Shown here piece after piece: positions 45,559 through 56,173 of a DNA stretch of 64,000 bases. Both the position numbers and the translations under genes were made by a program. The stretch is from NCBI GenBank assembly GCA_048128005.1, contig JBEUKZ010000061.1, positions 1-64,000 of the forward strand. Reading direction: 5' to 3'. The notes under the pieces were generated by a model. The model did no database searches, was not told the origin of the DNA, and saw only the letters and a list, made by a program, of their open reading frames with translations. Every line of letters begins with the position of its first letter. The first letter of the stretch is position 1. The stretch comes from Veleropilina oligotropha. Lineage: Eukaryota.

Positions 45559-48500
45559 GGCTGATTACACGGGTAGGAAAGGTAGTGGGAAACCGGGAAA
45601 TTAAGGGATATCCGGGTAGTACGCTTCACGTGTTGTTTAACTACTACACCTTATATAGGGGTCTCTAATCCGAAGTATATATAGGAAAAGACCGGATATC
45701 AACCCTAAATTGTTATGAATCACACTTCGGATTGCGTAGCAACCGAAGTACAGACAAGTAACCCGACTAGAATATAAACCAAGCCCGACGTATAAGCTTT
45801 ATTAAAACGGCTTGTCGGACACTAACAAATTGAATGCAGGCGGATATATATAGATAGTAGGAGGCTATATATAGAAACAGCCGCCTTTAAACACCTGAAA
45901 ACCTCGTGGATGTTGATTTCAATAGGTTAGAGCTTTGGCGAAATATATCCCAGATTCGGCAGATAGGCTAAATAACGCACGTTAATACCTAAATATCTGC
46001 CTTGTTAGCGAAGCTAAATTCGATTGAACAAAGTTACTAAGAATTTAAGCAAGATACGCAGCTAAGGAATTATCTAATATATATATGAATTACATGGTAA
46101 TTTCAAGCAATATTAGCAACAAAACACTTCTTCCTTTGAAAGGATTCGCCTATGCGAAGCTTTCCCGCTTGAAGAACCTTCCTTCCTGAGCGGCCCTCTT
46201 TAGATTTTCACTTTGTAATATCCAAGATGGCGGGCCGAAAAACTCGTGGCCAGAATCACACAACTTTTCAGAATTGATAATTCGACCTGAATACTCAACA
46301 CACAGTTACAATGCTTCTTCAGATCATAATAAATTATGAACGGCACAATATTGTGCGAAAGAAACTGTTTTAAAGTAACTTATGAATCGTCTATTTTTAA
46401 CTAGACTGTAAGCACGTCCGGACAGACTGACGGATGACTTAAAAATGATACCAGATCTGTCTTGGTCTCTGAGGTCTCGCGAGACTTGGGCAGATCTCGT
46501 GAGAGGAACGCGAGAGAGGTGAGCAGGGGGGGTAAGCGTGTAAATTTAAAAGAAAGTGAAACGCTTTTTCACAGTTTCCGGTTTAGCGATAATATGGCTA
46601 TTATGGCATTGGTAATGACGTAGAGTATATTGCTACTAATAGACAATGTTTACAGGTCCAGAGGTCACTATGTCAAGGTCAAAGGTTATACCGGGAAAAT
46701 TTGTTGCCGTTGCACAACTACATGATGTAGTGATCAACTATGCCAAATACCGATGAAATATTCCCAGCAGGTTGGGAGGAGTAGTCCGGACAAGTTAATC
46801 ACAGACAATGTTTAGAAGTCCCAAGGTCGCTACAACAAGATCAAAGGTCGTACCGGGAAAATTTGTCTCTGGTAACAACTACATGATGTGTTGATCATGT
46901 ATGCCAAGTGTCGATGAATTCTGCTCAGCAAGTTGGGAGGAATAGTGTGGACGGACGGACAGACAGACAGGGTGATACCAATATACCCCCCTAACTTTGT
47001 TACGGGGGGTATAATAAACTGATCTACTAGATATATGTCTAAAGCATGTCATTATATACCATTTCAAATTAATTTAATTTTTAACATATCAATTGTAAAA
47101 AGTGGTAAAATATAACAATAGAAAGTTTGCTGTTATATTAATGAAATTATTGACTATTTCAGCACAGTATACAACACTGAAAACAAAACAACTATGGCAA
47201 ATGTCATAAACAATGCATACTGAACTATGAATTTGTGGTGCGATGTGTATCAATCTGTTAAATACACATACAACATGAACAGCTGGGGCTTTCATAAATA
47301 TTTCAGACTAATTAATTATATTCCAATTAGCCATCAGGAACAAATTAACAATATCAACAGGTAGTCATTTGTGAACAAATGGAATTTGAGATCTTGGACT
47401 TGGAATGCGCTATTGTTGAACAACGGCAACTATAGTATTCCTCGCATACCAAGAGGGGCTAGTGACAATCCACATGGCTGGCAGATTAAAATACCCGCGG
47501 AATAAACATCAACCTACTGTAAAACAAAGTGGCTGGCAGAGCAACAAGAATAGATCTCCCAAGCTTCATGTAGACAACAATAGCCATGTTTACATCACCT
47601 TCCAGAACTGTGTGCTGCTGACCGATATACTCACATAGAGTAGCTAGCAAACATACCAAACCAGACAGCTTGCTACAGTCACAGACACAGCCATTTGGTA
47701 AAGCAACATTATATGCATAACAATAACACAGGAAGTTGTAATGTTGCATAACATTTGAAATAATTTGTGGACACGGTCATATAATATTTATATTAACATA
47801 TTTAATAATTTATTCAACATAGTTAGTAATTATTGTAGGTAATGTTGACCAAGTTACTTTTAGGACTTTTGTGAAACTGAAAATTTTGACGTTTCGGTTA
47901 TTATCGCATGGCCTTGGTCATGTAATATGATCATTCTTGCGTAACTTCTGACAGTCAATGTTTTGGATGAAGGAATTACCAGTGCTGATGGTTTGTAAAA
48001 TGAAGGAGAGTAAAAAATTACTCTCCTGAAAATGCCGAGGAGAGCACCAAAAAGAAACTAAGTTGGGTGTCAGAGCGATATGTAAAAAAAAACGATTTTC
48101 GATGTTAAGGCCCATTTATTCATAATGTGAATAAATTTTATACACTATACTATAAATATGGGGAATTGGCTAATAATGTTGAAATTCTTTAAGTTTAAAT
48201 ATCAACTGTACGTGACCCATGATATTAAAATCGGCTTGGACTGTTATGCAAAATAAAATGATGCAAAATTTGAACCACATCTAGTTTACCTAGACATATT
48301 ATGTAGCCAATCTTTTCACAATTAAATTACGGTAGCTAATTAATAAGTAATATATTGTTTATGTAATTATTCTAGACATTTCTTTGATAGGCCAACTTGA
48401 TAGACAACAATAACACTTCGATGGATATTTAGAACAGTTTTACATTTATATGCTCACTTAATATTTGCTAATTTGCATATTTCACACAAGTTTTATCACG

Positions 48501-48940
48501 AAATCGACTTTCACAATTCAAATTTAATATAATTCTATTTCGTAGCTTTGCTGCGTCACACTAAATTATCTCCCTTGAAATGTAATGCGCCTTGTCGAAA
48601 GACTTTCATTCAATACGTATATCCTGTTAAAACGTATTATAATTTCATATGCAACTTACTTTAGTTACTAAAACTGCTATTATTCCCGTGTTTAAATATT
48701 TATTTCATCGTAAATGTTGCTGAAGCAGTGAAAAGGTCTCCGCGTGGTGAGCGTGAAAATCGCTAAAGACTCTTCGTTTTAAAACCGGAATATGGCGAAA
48801 ATGGCCGACAATAATTTAAATGACGATAAGCAGTTCGAGAAAACACCGAAGGGCTCCGAAAAATGTATATCGGCAATGTACGGAAATAGTCAACATGTAT
48901 TTATACACACGATGCGAGAAAATGACTAAGTCGAAGCACA

Positions 48941-49826
48941 ACAATGTCGGATAATAGTTGAAGATTGCTGCGACGTCACAAATGATATTAGCTGTATTAA
49001 AGTATTGAAAATGAAACTAAACATGATTTTACAAGTCCATTTATTGATTTATCATATCATTTATAGGCGCGCAACTTTTGACTCCCGCAAATTCAGATTC
49101 AGGAGCGCTATGGCGTGCGAGCCCAACTACGCGCCTCAAACGAACTGCACTGAATTACAAAAATAACTGTGTATAAACCGACCCACTACTTTACAATGAC
49201 AGAAGTGGTGACCATCTCTAATGTCGGATGGCTCGGAATTTCACCTAGAACACAAGCCAGTGAAAGTATCATGTCCATGTCCCCTGCCACTTTGCAGGTG
49301 TCATGATAACAGGAAATGTTAACAGATCTATGTCAGACAACGCCATCACATAAAACTTTCCTGGTCTTTGATGAGAAGTTTATATAATATTTACACAACA
49401 AGTACAGTACGACAATGTCGGATAATAGTTGACGATTGCTGCGACGTCGCAAATGATATTAGCTGTATTAAAGTATTGAAAATGAAACTAAACATGATTT
49501 TACAAGTCCATTTATTGATTTATCATATCATTTATAGGCGCGCAACTTTTGACTCCCGCAAATTCAGATTCAGGCGCGCTATGGCGTGCGAGCCCAACTA
49601 CGCGCCTCAAACGAACTGCACTGAATTACAAAAATAACTGTGTATAAACCGACCCACTACTTTACAATGACAGAAGTGGTGACCATCTCTAATGTCGGAT
49701 GGCTCGGAATTTCACCTAGAACACAAGCCAGTGAAAGTATCATGTCCATGTCCCCTGCCACTTTGCAGGTGTCATGATAACAGGAAATGTTAACAGATCT
49801 ATGTCAGACAAAGCCATCACATAAAA
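48941..49826. repeat. Near-perfect 471-bp tandem duplication, second copy cut by DIRS B
   Basis: 48941-49355 matches 49412-49826 with few mismatches. Confidence 0.9.
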
Positions 49827-52164
49827 ATGAGGTTTTAATGTAAACCTAATATTAGTATAAAACATACTTACGTCCTTACTCTTGCCATAATAGTATATTA
49901 TCGCCCAAACCGGAAATGGTGAATATGTCCCATAATGCACCGTTAATAAGCCAAAAAAGCACACGGTTACCTCGCCTGCTCCTATCCCATCACGTTCCTT
50001 AGTGAGACTTCGCCAAGTCTCGCGAGACTTCTGAACAATAGAAGTCCTAAGACCTCAATTCAAAGTTCAAAAACCCCAAAGGAACGTAGTAGAGGGGAGG
50101 AATGCGAAACGCAGGGTGGGTAATCGTGTAAGGACGTAAGTATGTTTTATACTAATATTAGGTTTACATTAAAACCTCATATATAGTTACAAACATACTT
50201 ACGTCCTTACTCTTGCCAGAATAACCTTGGATTGGTGGGTAAGACGTTCCTTACAACAAACCCAAACAAGATAATGACTTACTTTTCACCAATTCGATCA
50301 GCATGAAGCGTCGAGTGTGTCCGCCTAGAGTGGAATTTTTACTGAGTATTATATTCTACTCTTACCAGGCGAGAATTTCGACCAGTGTTACCGGGAGAAT
50401 ACGCCGTGGTGTTAGTCGGACGAGGTGAACGGAAGTGCAATCAGCCCCTGGCACGGCCGGAAGGATAAATCCCTGTAGGTCTTACGTGTCATGGACCAGT
50501 GGCAGCCAAATGGGACTCCGGGCCTATAGGCCGGTAGCCAGAGGATGCAGTCGGATTTGTAAGCACACGGAACCTAACAGGTTGTGAAAGCTTTAAAATC
50601 AAAAGCAAAGAATTAATAGATTATTATAATAATCGATATTAATAAGTAGTTCGCATGACCAACTTGCGAACGCTAACATGGACGACATGTCACTTAAAAT
50701 AAATTTTAAGGAAGCAAAAATGTTCGACATGTTACTTAAAAATAAATGTTAAGGAATCAACATTTTAAAATGTATTGAACATCGTATGTTCGATTACAGC
50801 GAAGAACATAATAATATTGAACCCTAATCTTTTTAAGATTTGTGCAAAATTATCAAAGTTGTTTTATTAAATTCAATGTGATCTGGCTTATGTCAACACT
50901 CAGGTCTGACATGAGAAGTACAAAATCTTAAATTAGATTTAAGAAATGAACAGACATTGAACTGCCCCATAGGTGTTAATTACATAGCACCGTTTGGCCA
51001 ACAAAAATAAAATGGCGTCAGTAAATATGCAAATGATCAATCAGAGAACAATACTTACTGATTAGAAGACCTCGGTCTAACAATAACCCTTTGTGCAGCA
51101 ACACAGTGTAAACTGCTTAGGCCATCAGCCCCGGTTGAGTAGTCGCGCAGATAATGTTTGACAAACACGTTAGCGTTTTTCCAATATCCGGCCTGTAGTA
51201 ACGCATTGATATTTAAATTATGTCGGAAGGCTACAGACGCTGCAATGGCCCGGACCTCATGTGCGCGTACCGATAAAATAGTTCGGTCTTCGTTGTCACA
51301 GCGGATGTATACATCTCTCACTGTCTGTGAAATCCACCGCGAAACAGTAGTCCTCGTAATGTCGCGGGTGTAGGTGGGCAAATACGATATGAATAAACGT
51401 AATTTTCCCTGTCGCAACTCACGGGTTCTGTCTAGGTAGAACCGAAGCGCCCGGACCGGGCAATTGAAGCGGTCTGCGTCGCGCCTTCCGACTAGCGTTA
51501 GCTTGGGAATAACAACATCGGGTGCGTCCTCGTTCGGCCGCTGGTTCTTGGCTAAGAAGCCCAGAATGGGACGCAGTATCACCGACCCGTCTGACTGGAA
51601 TCGTATGTCTCTTAGCTCGGAGGAGAAAGCATGAATCTCGGAACGCCTGCCCGACGCTAAGGCGATCAGAAAAACTGTTTTGTGCGTCAAGTTCCTCATG
51701 GTTATCTCGGACATCGGCTCATACGGGGGTAAGAGTAATGCGTTAAGAATAAGTACGATATTCCAGGCAGGTGGCTTAATTCTTCGGGTCGGTATCTCGA
51801 GTTCATAAGATCGTATAAAATCTGATATCGTTCGGTCGCTTGATAGGCCAGCATGGGCACGACACTGCTTTAGCGTGGTCGCGATCGTTGCCCGATAGCC
51901 TTTGACGGCGGACACTGACATACCGCGGTCGAAGAGCGACGATAAAAACTCGATAAACTTGTTCACAGGGGGACGGAGTATATTGATCTGCCTGCTGTGA
52001 CACCAATCCACGTACTTAACCCATCGGTAGTCATAGACTTTTGTAGTGGAAATCCTTCTCGATCGGTAGATACGTAAGGCTGTAGCTTTAGAAAATCCTT
52101 TCTTAGCAAGGGATCGTTCGATAACCGCCAGGCGTGTAAACGTAAGTGGTTCGGCGACTCGTGG
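49827..52164 (-). mobile_element. DIRS1-type retrotransposon B, 3' part, interrupted by the Polinton-like element
   Basis: Terminus atgaggttttaatgtaaacctaatattag; ICR at ~50127-50218; intact YR. Confidence 0.9.
51055..52164 (-). CDS. DIRS B tyrosine recombinase
   Basis: LASGRRSEIHA, CPVRAL, AHEVRA, GYW, KHYL. The frame stays open upstream of 52011 through LHAWRLS to the insertion point. Confidence 0.92.
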   Translation of the reverse strand, partial: PRVAEPLTFTRLAVIERSLAKKGFSKATALRIYRSRRISTTKVYDYRWVKYVDWCHSRQINILRPPVNKFIEFLSSLFDRGMSVSAVKGYRATIATTLKQCRAHAGLSSDRTISDFIRSYELEIPTRRIKPPAWNIVLILNALLLPPYEPMSEITMRNLTHKTVFLIALASGRRSEIHAFSSELRDIRFQSDGSVILRPILGFLAKNQRPNEDAPDVVIPKLTLVGRRDADRFNCPVRALRFYLDRTRELRQGKLRLFISYLPTYTRDITRTTVSRWISQTVRDVYIRCDNEDRTILSVRAHEVRAIAASVAFRHNLNINALLQAGYWKNANVFVKHYLRDYSTGADGLSSLHCVAAQRVIVRPRSSNQ

Positions 52165-52412
52165 AGCAGCAGGGGGGGTCAGTAGACTTTTTAGAATGGG
52201 AAAATACGGCTCCCAGCACCCGTTCCGAGCCTAGGGTAGCTTAGAGTAGGGATGAATGCACCTTTTCCGACCCAACGTAGACTATATAGAGCCCCCAGGG
52301 ACGGCCCACTACCCTCGCCGGCCCGGGCTCCTCAGTTATGCGAGCAGTAGCAGGGGGGGTGATTGGACTTTTTAGAATGGCAAAATAGGAGCCCGGCGAA
52401 GGCTACAGGACA

Positions 52413-52715
52413 TCACTGAGGGCCCGCCGGCGTTTGATTTCGTACAACTCCCTTTCTACCGTCTTTGGTCTTCTTCTTATATATCGCTTGTTCACCATCG
52501 TCGAGTACAACGATCAAAACGTTATAGCCCCGGTTTAAGAGGTTTTTAACGCGCCTGAAGCTCCGTTCGCTGTACAGTGTAGGAATGTCTTCCTGCGGCA
52601 TGTTGCTTTCAAGTATAACTACACAACGTCTAACATGCCGGCTGTTTAGATAAATATGTAATTCCCGCTGGCGAGCGTACAGTTGCATGGCGAATGCTGT
52701 CCTATCTGACTCCAC
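52413..52715 (-). CDS. Hypothetical protein (100 aa)
   Basis: ORF inside the gene-dense element; no motif recognised. Confidence 0.45.
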   Translation of the reverse strand: MESDRTAFAMQLYARQRELHIYLNSRHVRRCVVILESNMPQEDIPTLYSERSFRRVKNLLNRGYNVLIVVLDDGEQAIYKKKTKDGRKGVVRNQTPAGPQ

Positions 52716-53086
52716 GAACCCCCGCAGCCGGTAGATAACATGGAGAAGTAATGCCCGCGTTTACCACGGCATAAGGACGGCTCAGCGCACTCGATGCAGA
52801 CCACAGTATTTGGGTCGGGAGGAGCCCCCCCCACCCCACACTCATTCTCTCCGATAATAAAATAGTGGCATGACGGTGGGGAGACATCAGGGGTGGGGTC
52901 TCTACCCGGGCGAAGAAGCAAGTTTCTACGCAAGTGATCGAATCGGGCGTTATACCTGGGATGATTTCGGTACCTAGCCCACGTGTGTTCGAGAATTAAT
53001 GCAGTGTCGTGTGTCGACGCCTGGGTGGTACCCCCTAGCCAGCACACCGCGACAATGCACAGTAGCATAGATTTCATGGATTTCAT
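52646..53086 (-). CDS. Secreted cysteine-rich protein (146 aa), possibly cystine-knot
   Basis: Signal-peptide-like N-terminus; 8 Cys in the C-terminal half ending in CxC. Confidence 0.65.
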   Translation of the reverse strand: MKSMKSMLLCIVAVCWLGGTTQASTHDTALILEHTWARYRNHPRYNARFDHLRRNLLLRPGRDPTPDVSPPSCHYFIIGENECGVGGAPPDPNTVVCIECAEPSLCRGKRGHYFSMLSTGCGGSWSQIGQHSPCNCTLASGNYIFI

Positions 53087-53168
53087 GGTTGTCCAGATAT
53101 CACTGTCGATTTCTAGCTTTAATACGGGGGAGGAGCGGGGTAGTCGTGGCTACGCTCAACCTGGATAG

Positions 53169-53804
53169 TTAGTCGCCAGCTCCGATTTTTTTCAGCAGCT
53201 CTGCGCGACCCTCTAAACGACCTCGCTCAATAAGCTCGCTTTGGGTCTGTGAAATCGCGGTGTGCGCCTTCCTACTCTTATCCCGGATTGATGCCTTCAT
53301 GGCTTGGTATTTCTCCATCTCCCCTGTGACCAGTTGGAATTCATCATCAGACATCACCCCGTCCGATAATGCCTTTGAGACGTGGTCGGTTATGGTATTC
53401 AGCTTGCTGTCGGCCAGGACTCGAATCTCGTCGTGTTTCTTAGCCTTCACCCCGAGGCGCCGGCTGATATATTTCCCACCCATACTGGCGAGCCCACACC
53501 CTAATGCCGCTAATTCCAGCACTAGGACGACCGGGGCGGCTACAATTGTGGAAAGTAGACCAATTCCAGCGCTACCCATACCAAGTGTGGCGACGACTAG
53601 CCCGTTATCTATCCCGTCAACGACGTTAACACCTCGTCGGTACTTTTTATATAGTGCAGCCCGGGCATCCCGTTCTCGCTCTAGCTGTCCCTGAAGCTCA
53701 TTCACTTTCTGTAGTCGGAAAGACTGTGCCTCATGCAGTTCCGAAGGCACATCGCCACCAAGCTGTGGGTACAGCGTTGGCGCTGAGGGTTTGTTGTCCA
53801 TCAT
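53169..53804 (-). CDS. Two-TM coiled-coil membrane protein with PSAP and LYPxL motifs
   Basis: Likely start MMDNKPSAPTLYPQL; central hydrophobic hairpin; KKHDEIRVLA..KLNTI..VSKAL.D segment that I recall from Maverick-associated proteins. Confidence 0.75.
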   Translation of the reverse strand: MMDNKPSAPTLYPQLGGDVPSELHEAQSFRLQKVNELQGQLERERDARAALYKKYRRGVNVVDGIDNGLVVATLGMGSAGIGLLSTIVAAPVVLVLELAALGCGLASMGGKYISRRLGVKAKKHDEIRVLADSKLNTITDHVSKALSDGVMSDDEFQLVTGEMEKYQAMKASIRDKSRKAHTAISQTQSELIERGRLEGRAELLKKIGAGD

Positions 53805-53837
53805 ACGTGGCTGTATTGTTCCGCCTGTTTGTTTAAA

Positions 53838-54137
53838 ATGTCTACTGTAACGTTCAAATACAGAGTGCCGACCCACGGGGCCTTGACGACAAAGGCGAGG
53901 GTTAACTTATCCGAATCCAGGCTGAGTTTACTTATGGAACATGCCTTGGGGCCCCCGGCCGGCTGGACCGGCGTCAGGTGGATCATTAGAAGGGCTGGGT
54001 TCAACCCGAACCGACCTCTAGTGTTTGGAAACATGAACTCCCTCCTCGCCAGCCCCTTATTGGGCGCTACCCCACAATTAAGGACAAAGTGCCACTGGGT
54101 CGCTGAAGAGGGCTCATCTGCAAGCAGGGTCCCGTAG
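53838..54137 (+). CDS. Hypothetical protein (~99 aa)
   Basis: aaaATG start; fills the gap between neighbouring ORFs exactly. Confidence 0.45.
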   Translation: MSTVTFKYRVPTHGALTTKARVNLSESRLSLLMEHALGPPAGWTGVRWIIRRAGFNPNRPLVFGNMNSLLASPLLGATPQLRTKCHWVAEEGSSASRVP

Positions 54138-54144
54138 ATGCTGC

Positions 54145-54885
54145 TCATTGTATCGCAAGGACTGCGGTAATGGGCATGCCGTGATTGTCGATCGGGTTAC
54201 TGTCTGCGTCTGTGACGTACACCTTCAACTCTGTGATTAGCCCGGCCTGTAGTCGCCGGCCGGCGGGATAGCTATGATAGTGGCCAGCTTCACTGAACAT
54301 CTGCGACGTGATAGGGACCACCGCGAGAATAGTGCTCGGGGCGCCGTCCTTCACATTGTGCGTTGTACTAAGCTGCTCCAGGTGGACGTGCAGGGTTGGC
54401 GCTATGGCAAACCCGACAGGCTTATTCCCGTCATAAGTCCCAGGGCGTAGCCACTCGGATCTCTCCGGAGGGGGAGGTGGTTGGCCCTGTACTCCCCGAA
54501 CCGGTTGGTTCAGATTCCCTGCTTTATCGAGAATAAACGAAGAGAGGTCTAAGCCGAGGAGTTTTCGTATATCGTCGCTTATCGCGAGTCGAGTCCCCTC
54601 TGGGACCACGATTCGGGCGAGCCCTGTAGCATGGCTTACATCTAGCTGTATGTTAACTAGCGACCTCTTCATCGTCTTGGCGAGGTCATCGAAGCTGTAG
54701 AAACCTGGTGCCACGTCGACCGTGGTATCTGGGGTCTTAAAGAAGGCTCCGGCATGCACATTGTGCCAGCCTACCCAATAGTCGAGTGACTGCAAGCTGA
54801 CACATAGCTTGCCGTCCCGGTTATCAATCGGCTCCAGGAGGGCAACCGCGGTCCCCTCTTGAACGTTTGTTAATGTGTGAAACAT
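54145..54885 (-). CDS. Putative minor capsid (penton-like, single jelly roll)
   Basis: Beta-strand-rich; C-terminal STILAVVP...ITELKVYVTDADSNPIDNHGMPITAVL pattern typical of Polinton mCP. Confidence 0.7.
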   Translation of the reverse strand: MFHTLTNVQEGTAVALLEPIDNRDGKLCVSLQSLDYWVGWHNVHAGAFFKTPDTTVDVAPGFYSFDDLAKTMKRSLVNIQLDVSHATGLARIVVPEGTRLAISDDIRKLLGLDLSSFILDKAGNLNQPVRGVQGQPPPPPERSEWLRPGTYDGNKPVGFAIAPTLHVHLEQLSTTHNVKDGAPSTILAVVPITSQMFSEAGHYHSYPAGRRLQAGLITELKVYVTDADSNPIDNHGMPITAVLAIQ

Positions 54886-54892
54886 AGTAGCT

Positions 54893-56173
54893 ATGGCTAA
54901 GAGCGCCTTTGCGTTTAATAGGAGTGCGGCCTATCCGACCGGTGTGGTGTACCCAGCAAAGATCAAAGATGAGCAGCTTACGAGACCAAGCATCAATGTG
55001 GGTAATAGCTCAACCACTACATTCGGGGCAACATACCCTGACGTCTTTCAGAAATACCGCCTCCCTCATGTCGCTAGTGACGGGCTGATAAGGGATTGGA
55101 ACAGCACGCCGATGAGGTTCTGGCAGAACAAGGTCAATTTCGCAGTTTGGTGTGCCACAACAGGTTCCGGAATCTCCTCAGAAGACCACTTAAATGCGAC
55201 CGACCCCCTCTCCACTGCTGTATTCACCTTCCACGTCTACTATCAGGTCAGACGAATCTTATCCGAAATTCAGGCGCCGCTGCCACAGGACCGGACGTGG
55301 GATGCATTCGACAACCCGTATGACCGCAGGGCATATGAGAAGATCTGCAGCGAATTTGGGGTGTCCCCACATACCGACTGGCGTGTCAAGGGTCCCAACG
55401 GCGGACTAGGCACCGCTTACAGCTACTGGACGAACAACGGCTACCACCCCATCGGACGTGAGTATGATCCAAGCCGAATGTCCTTCACCAAAGGTACGAC
55501 CAACACGAATCTGCACGTGGACTACATCGCGCAAGCGCCTGCGCTTAAAAACGGTTGGGCTACTTTTATTCTGGACAGGTCGGTGGGATTCACGAGGGCC
55601 GGCGTGGAAAGGCTCAATGATTCCATCAGGACCTACGTCTGGGCTATTCTTGGAGCGCAGGCTCAAACGCGTGCAAGTATTCTGGGTAGTGGGACGGCAT
55701 TTGACGCACAGAAACAGTTCCTGGCGAACGTGGAAGACGCCATCGCATCCCCCGTTGACCTCCCAGCAGCCATCAAACGGTACCAAGAGGTGCTCCAGTA
55801 TGCGAGGTCCAAAGTGGACTTCGTATTCGGCGTTGGCCTGTACATGGCGCCAAGTAACATGCTTCTACGGATCGGGCAGGTGGCTGGTTATAACAATGAG
55901 ATCGTCGTCGCCACGGAAGACCAGACACTCGGTCTTAATACTACGGTGAACGCGGCCAGTGTGCCGCCCAACGCCACTGGGGATACTGGAGAAACAGGAC
56001 TGGTTATTCCACAAGATGCAGATGCAAGCATACCGGTAGTTACTCCGAAGCATCCAAGCTCTCTGCCAGCTGTGGCCTCAGTGGCGGCTGTTCCAGCGGC
56101 ACATGACGAGGAGAAAACCGCACTTATCGTGGGCGGCATTGTCGTTGGTCTAGCGTTTATTTGGCTTACGTGA
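54893..56173 (+). CDS. Uncharacterised 426 aa protein with C-terminal TM anchor
   Basis: Long intact ORF; P/A-rich stalk followed by ALIVGGIVVGLAFIWL. Confidence 0.8.
   Translation: MAKSAFAFNRSAAYPTGVVYPAKIKDEQLTRPSINVGNSSTTTFGATYPDVFQKYRLPHVASDGLIRDWNSTPMRFWQNKVNFAVWCATTGSGISSEDHLNATDPLSTAVFTFHVYYQVRRILSEIQAPLPQDRTWDAFDNPYDRRAYEKICSEFGVSPHTDWRVKGPNGGLGTAYSYWTNNGYHPIGREYDPSRMSFTKGTTNTNLHVDYIAQAPALKNGWATFILDRSVGFTRAGVERLNDSIRTYVWAILGAQAQTRASILGSGTAFDAQKQFLANVEDAIASPVDLPAAIKRYQEVLQYARSKVDFVFGVGLYMAPSNMLLRIGQVAGYNNEIVVATEDQTLGLNTTVNAASVPPNATGDTGETGLVIPQDADASIPVVTPKHPSSLPAVASVAAVPAAHDEEKTALIVGGIVVGLAFIWLT

Larger units (their letters stand above)
37742..46640 (-). mobile_element. DIRS1-type tyrosine-recombinase retrotransposon A, internally deleted
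   Basis: Inverted terminal repeats at ~37783-37970 and ~46435-46621; ICR at ~38048-38135 complementary to both termini; gag-like ORF and YR remnant. Confidence 0.92.
37400..47013 (+). repeat. Helentron-like tandem element (37400-37741 plus 46641-47013) split by the DIRS insertion
   Basis: The unit ggacaagttaataac|agaca.tgttta is interrupted exactly at 37741/46641; 3' hairpin ataccccccc...gggggtat. Confidence 0.75.
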
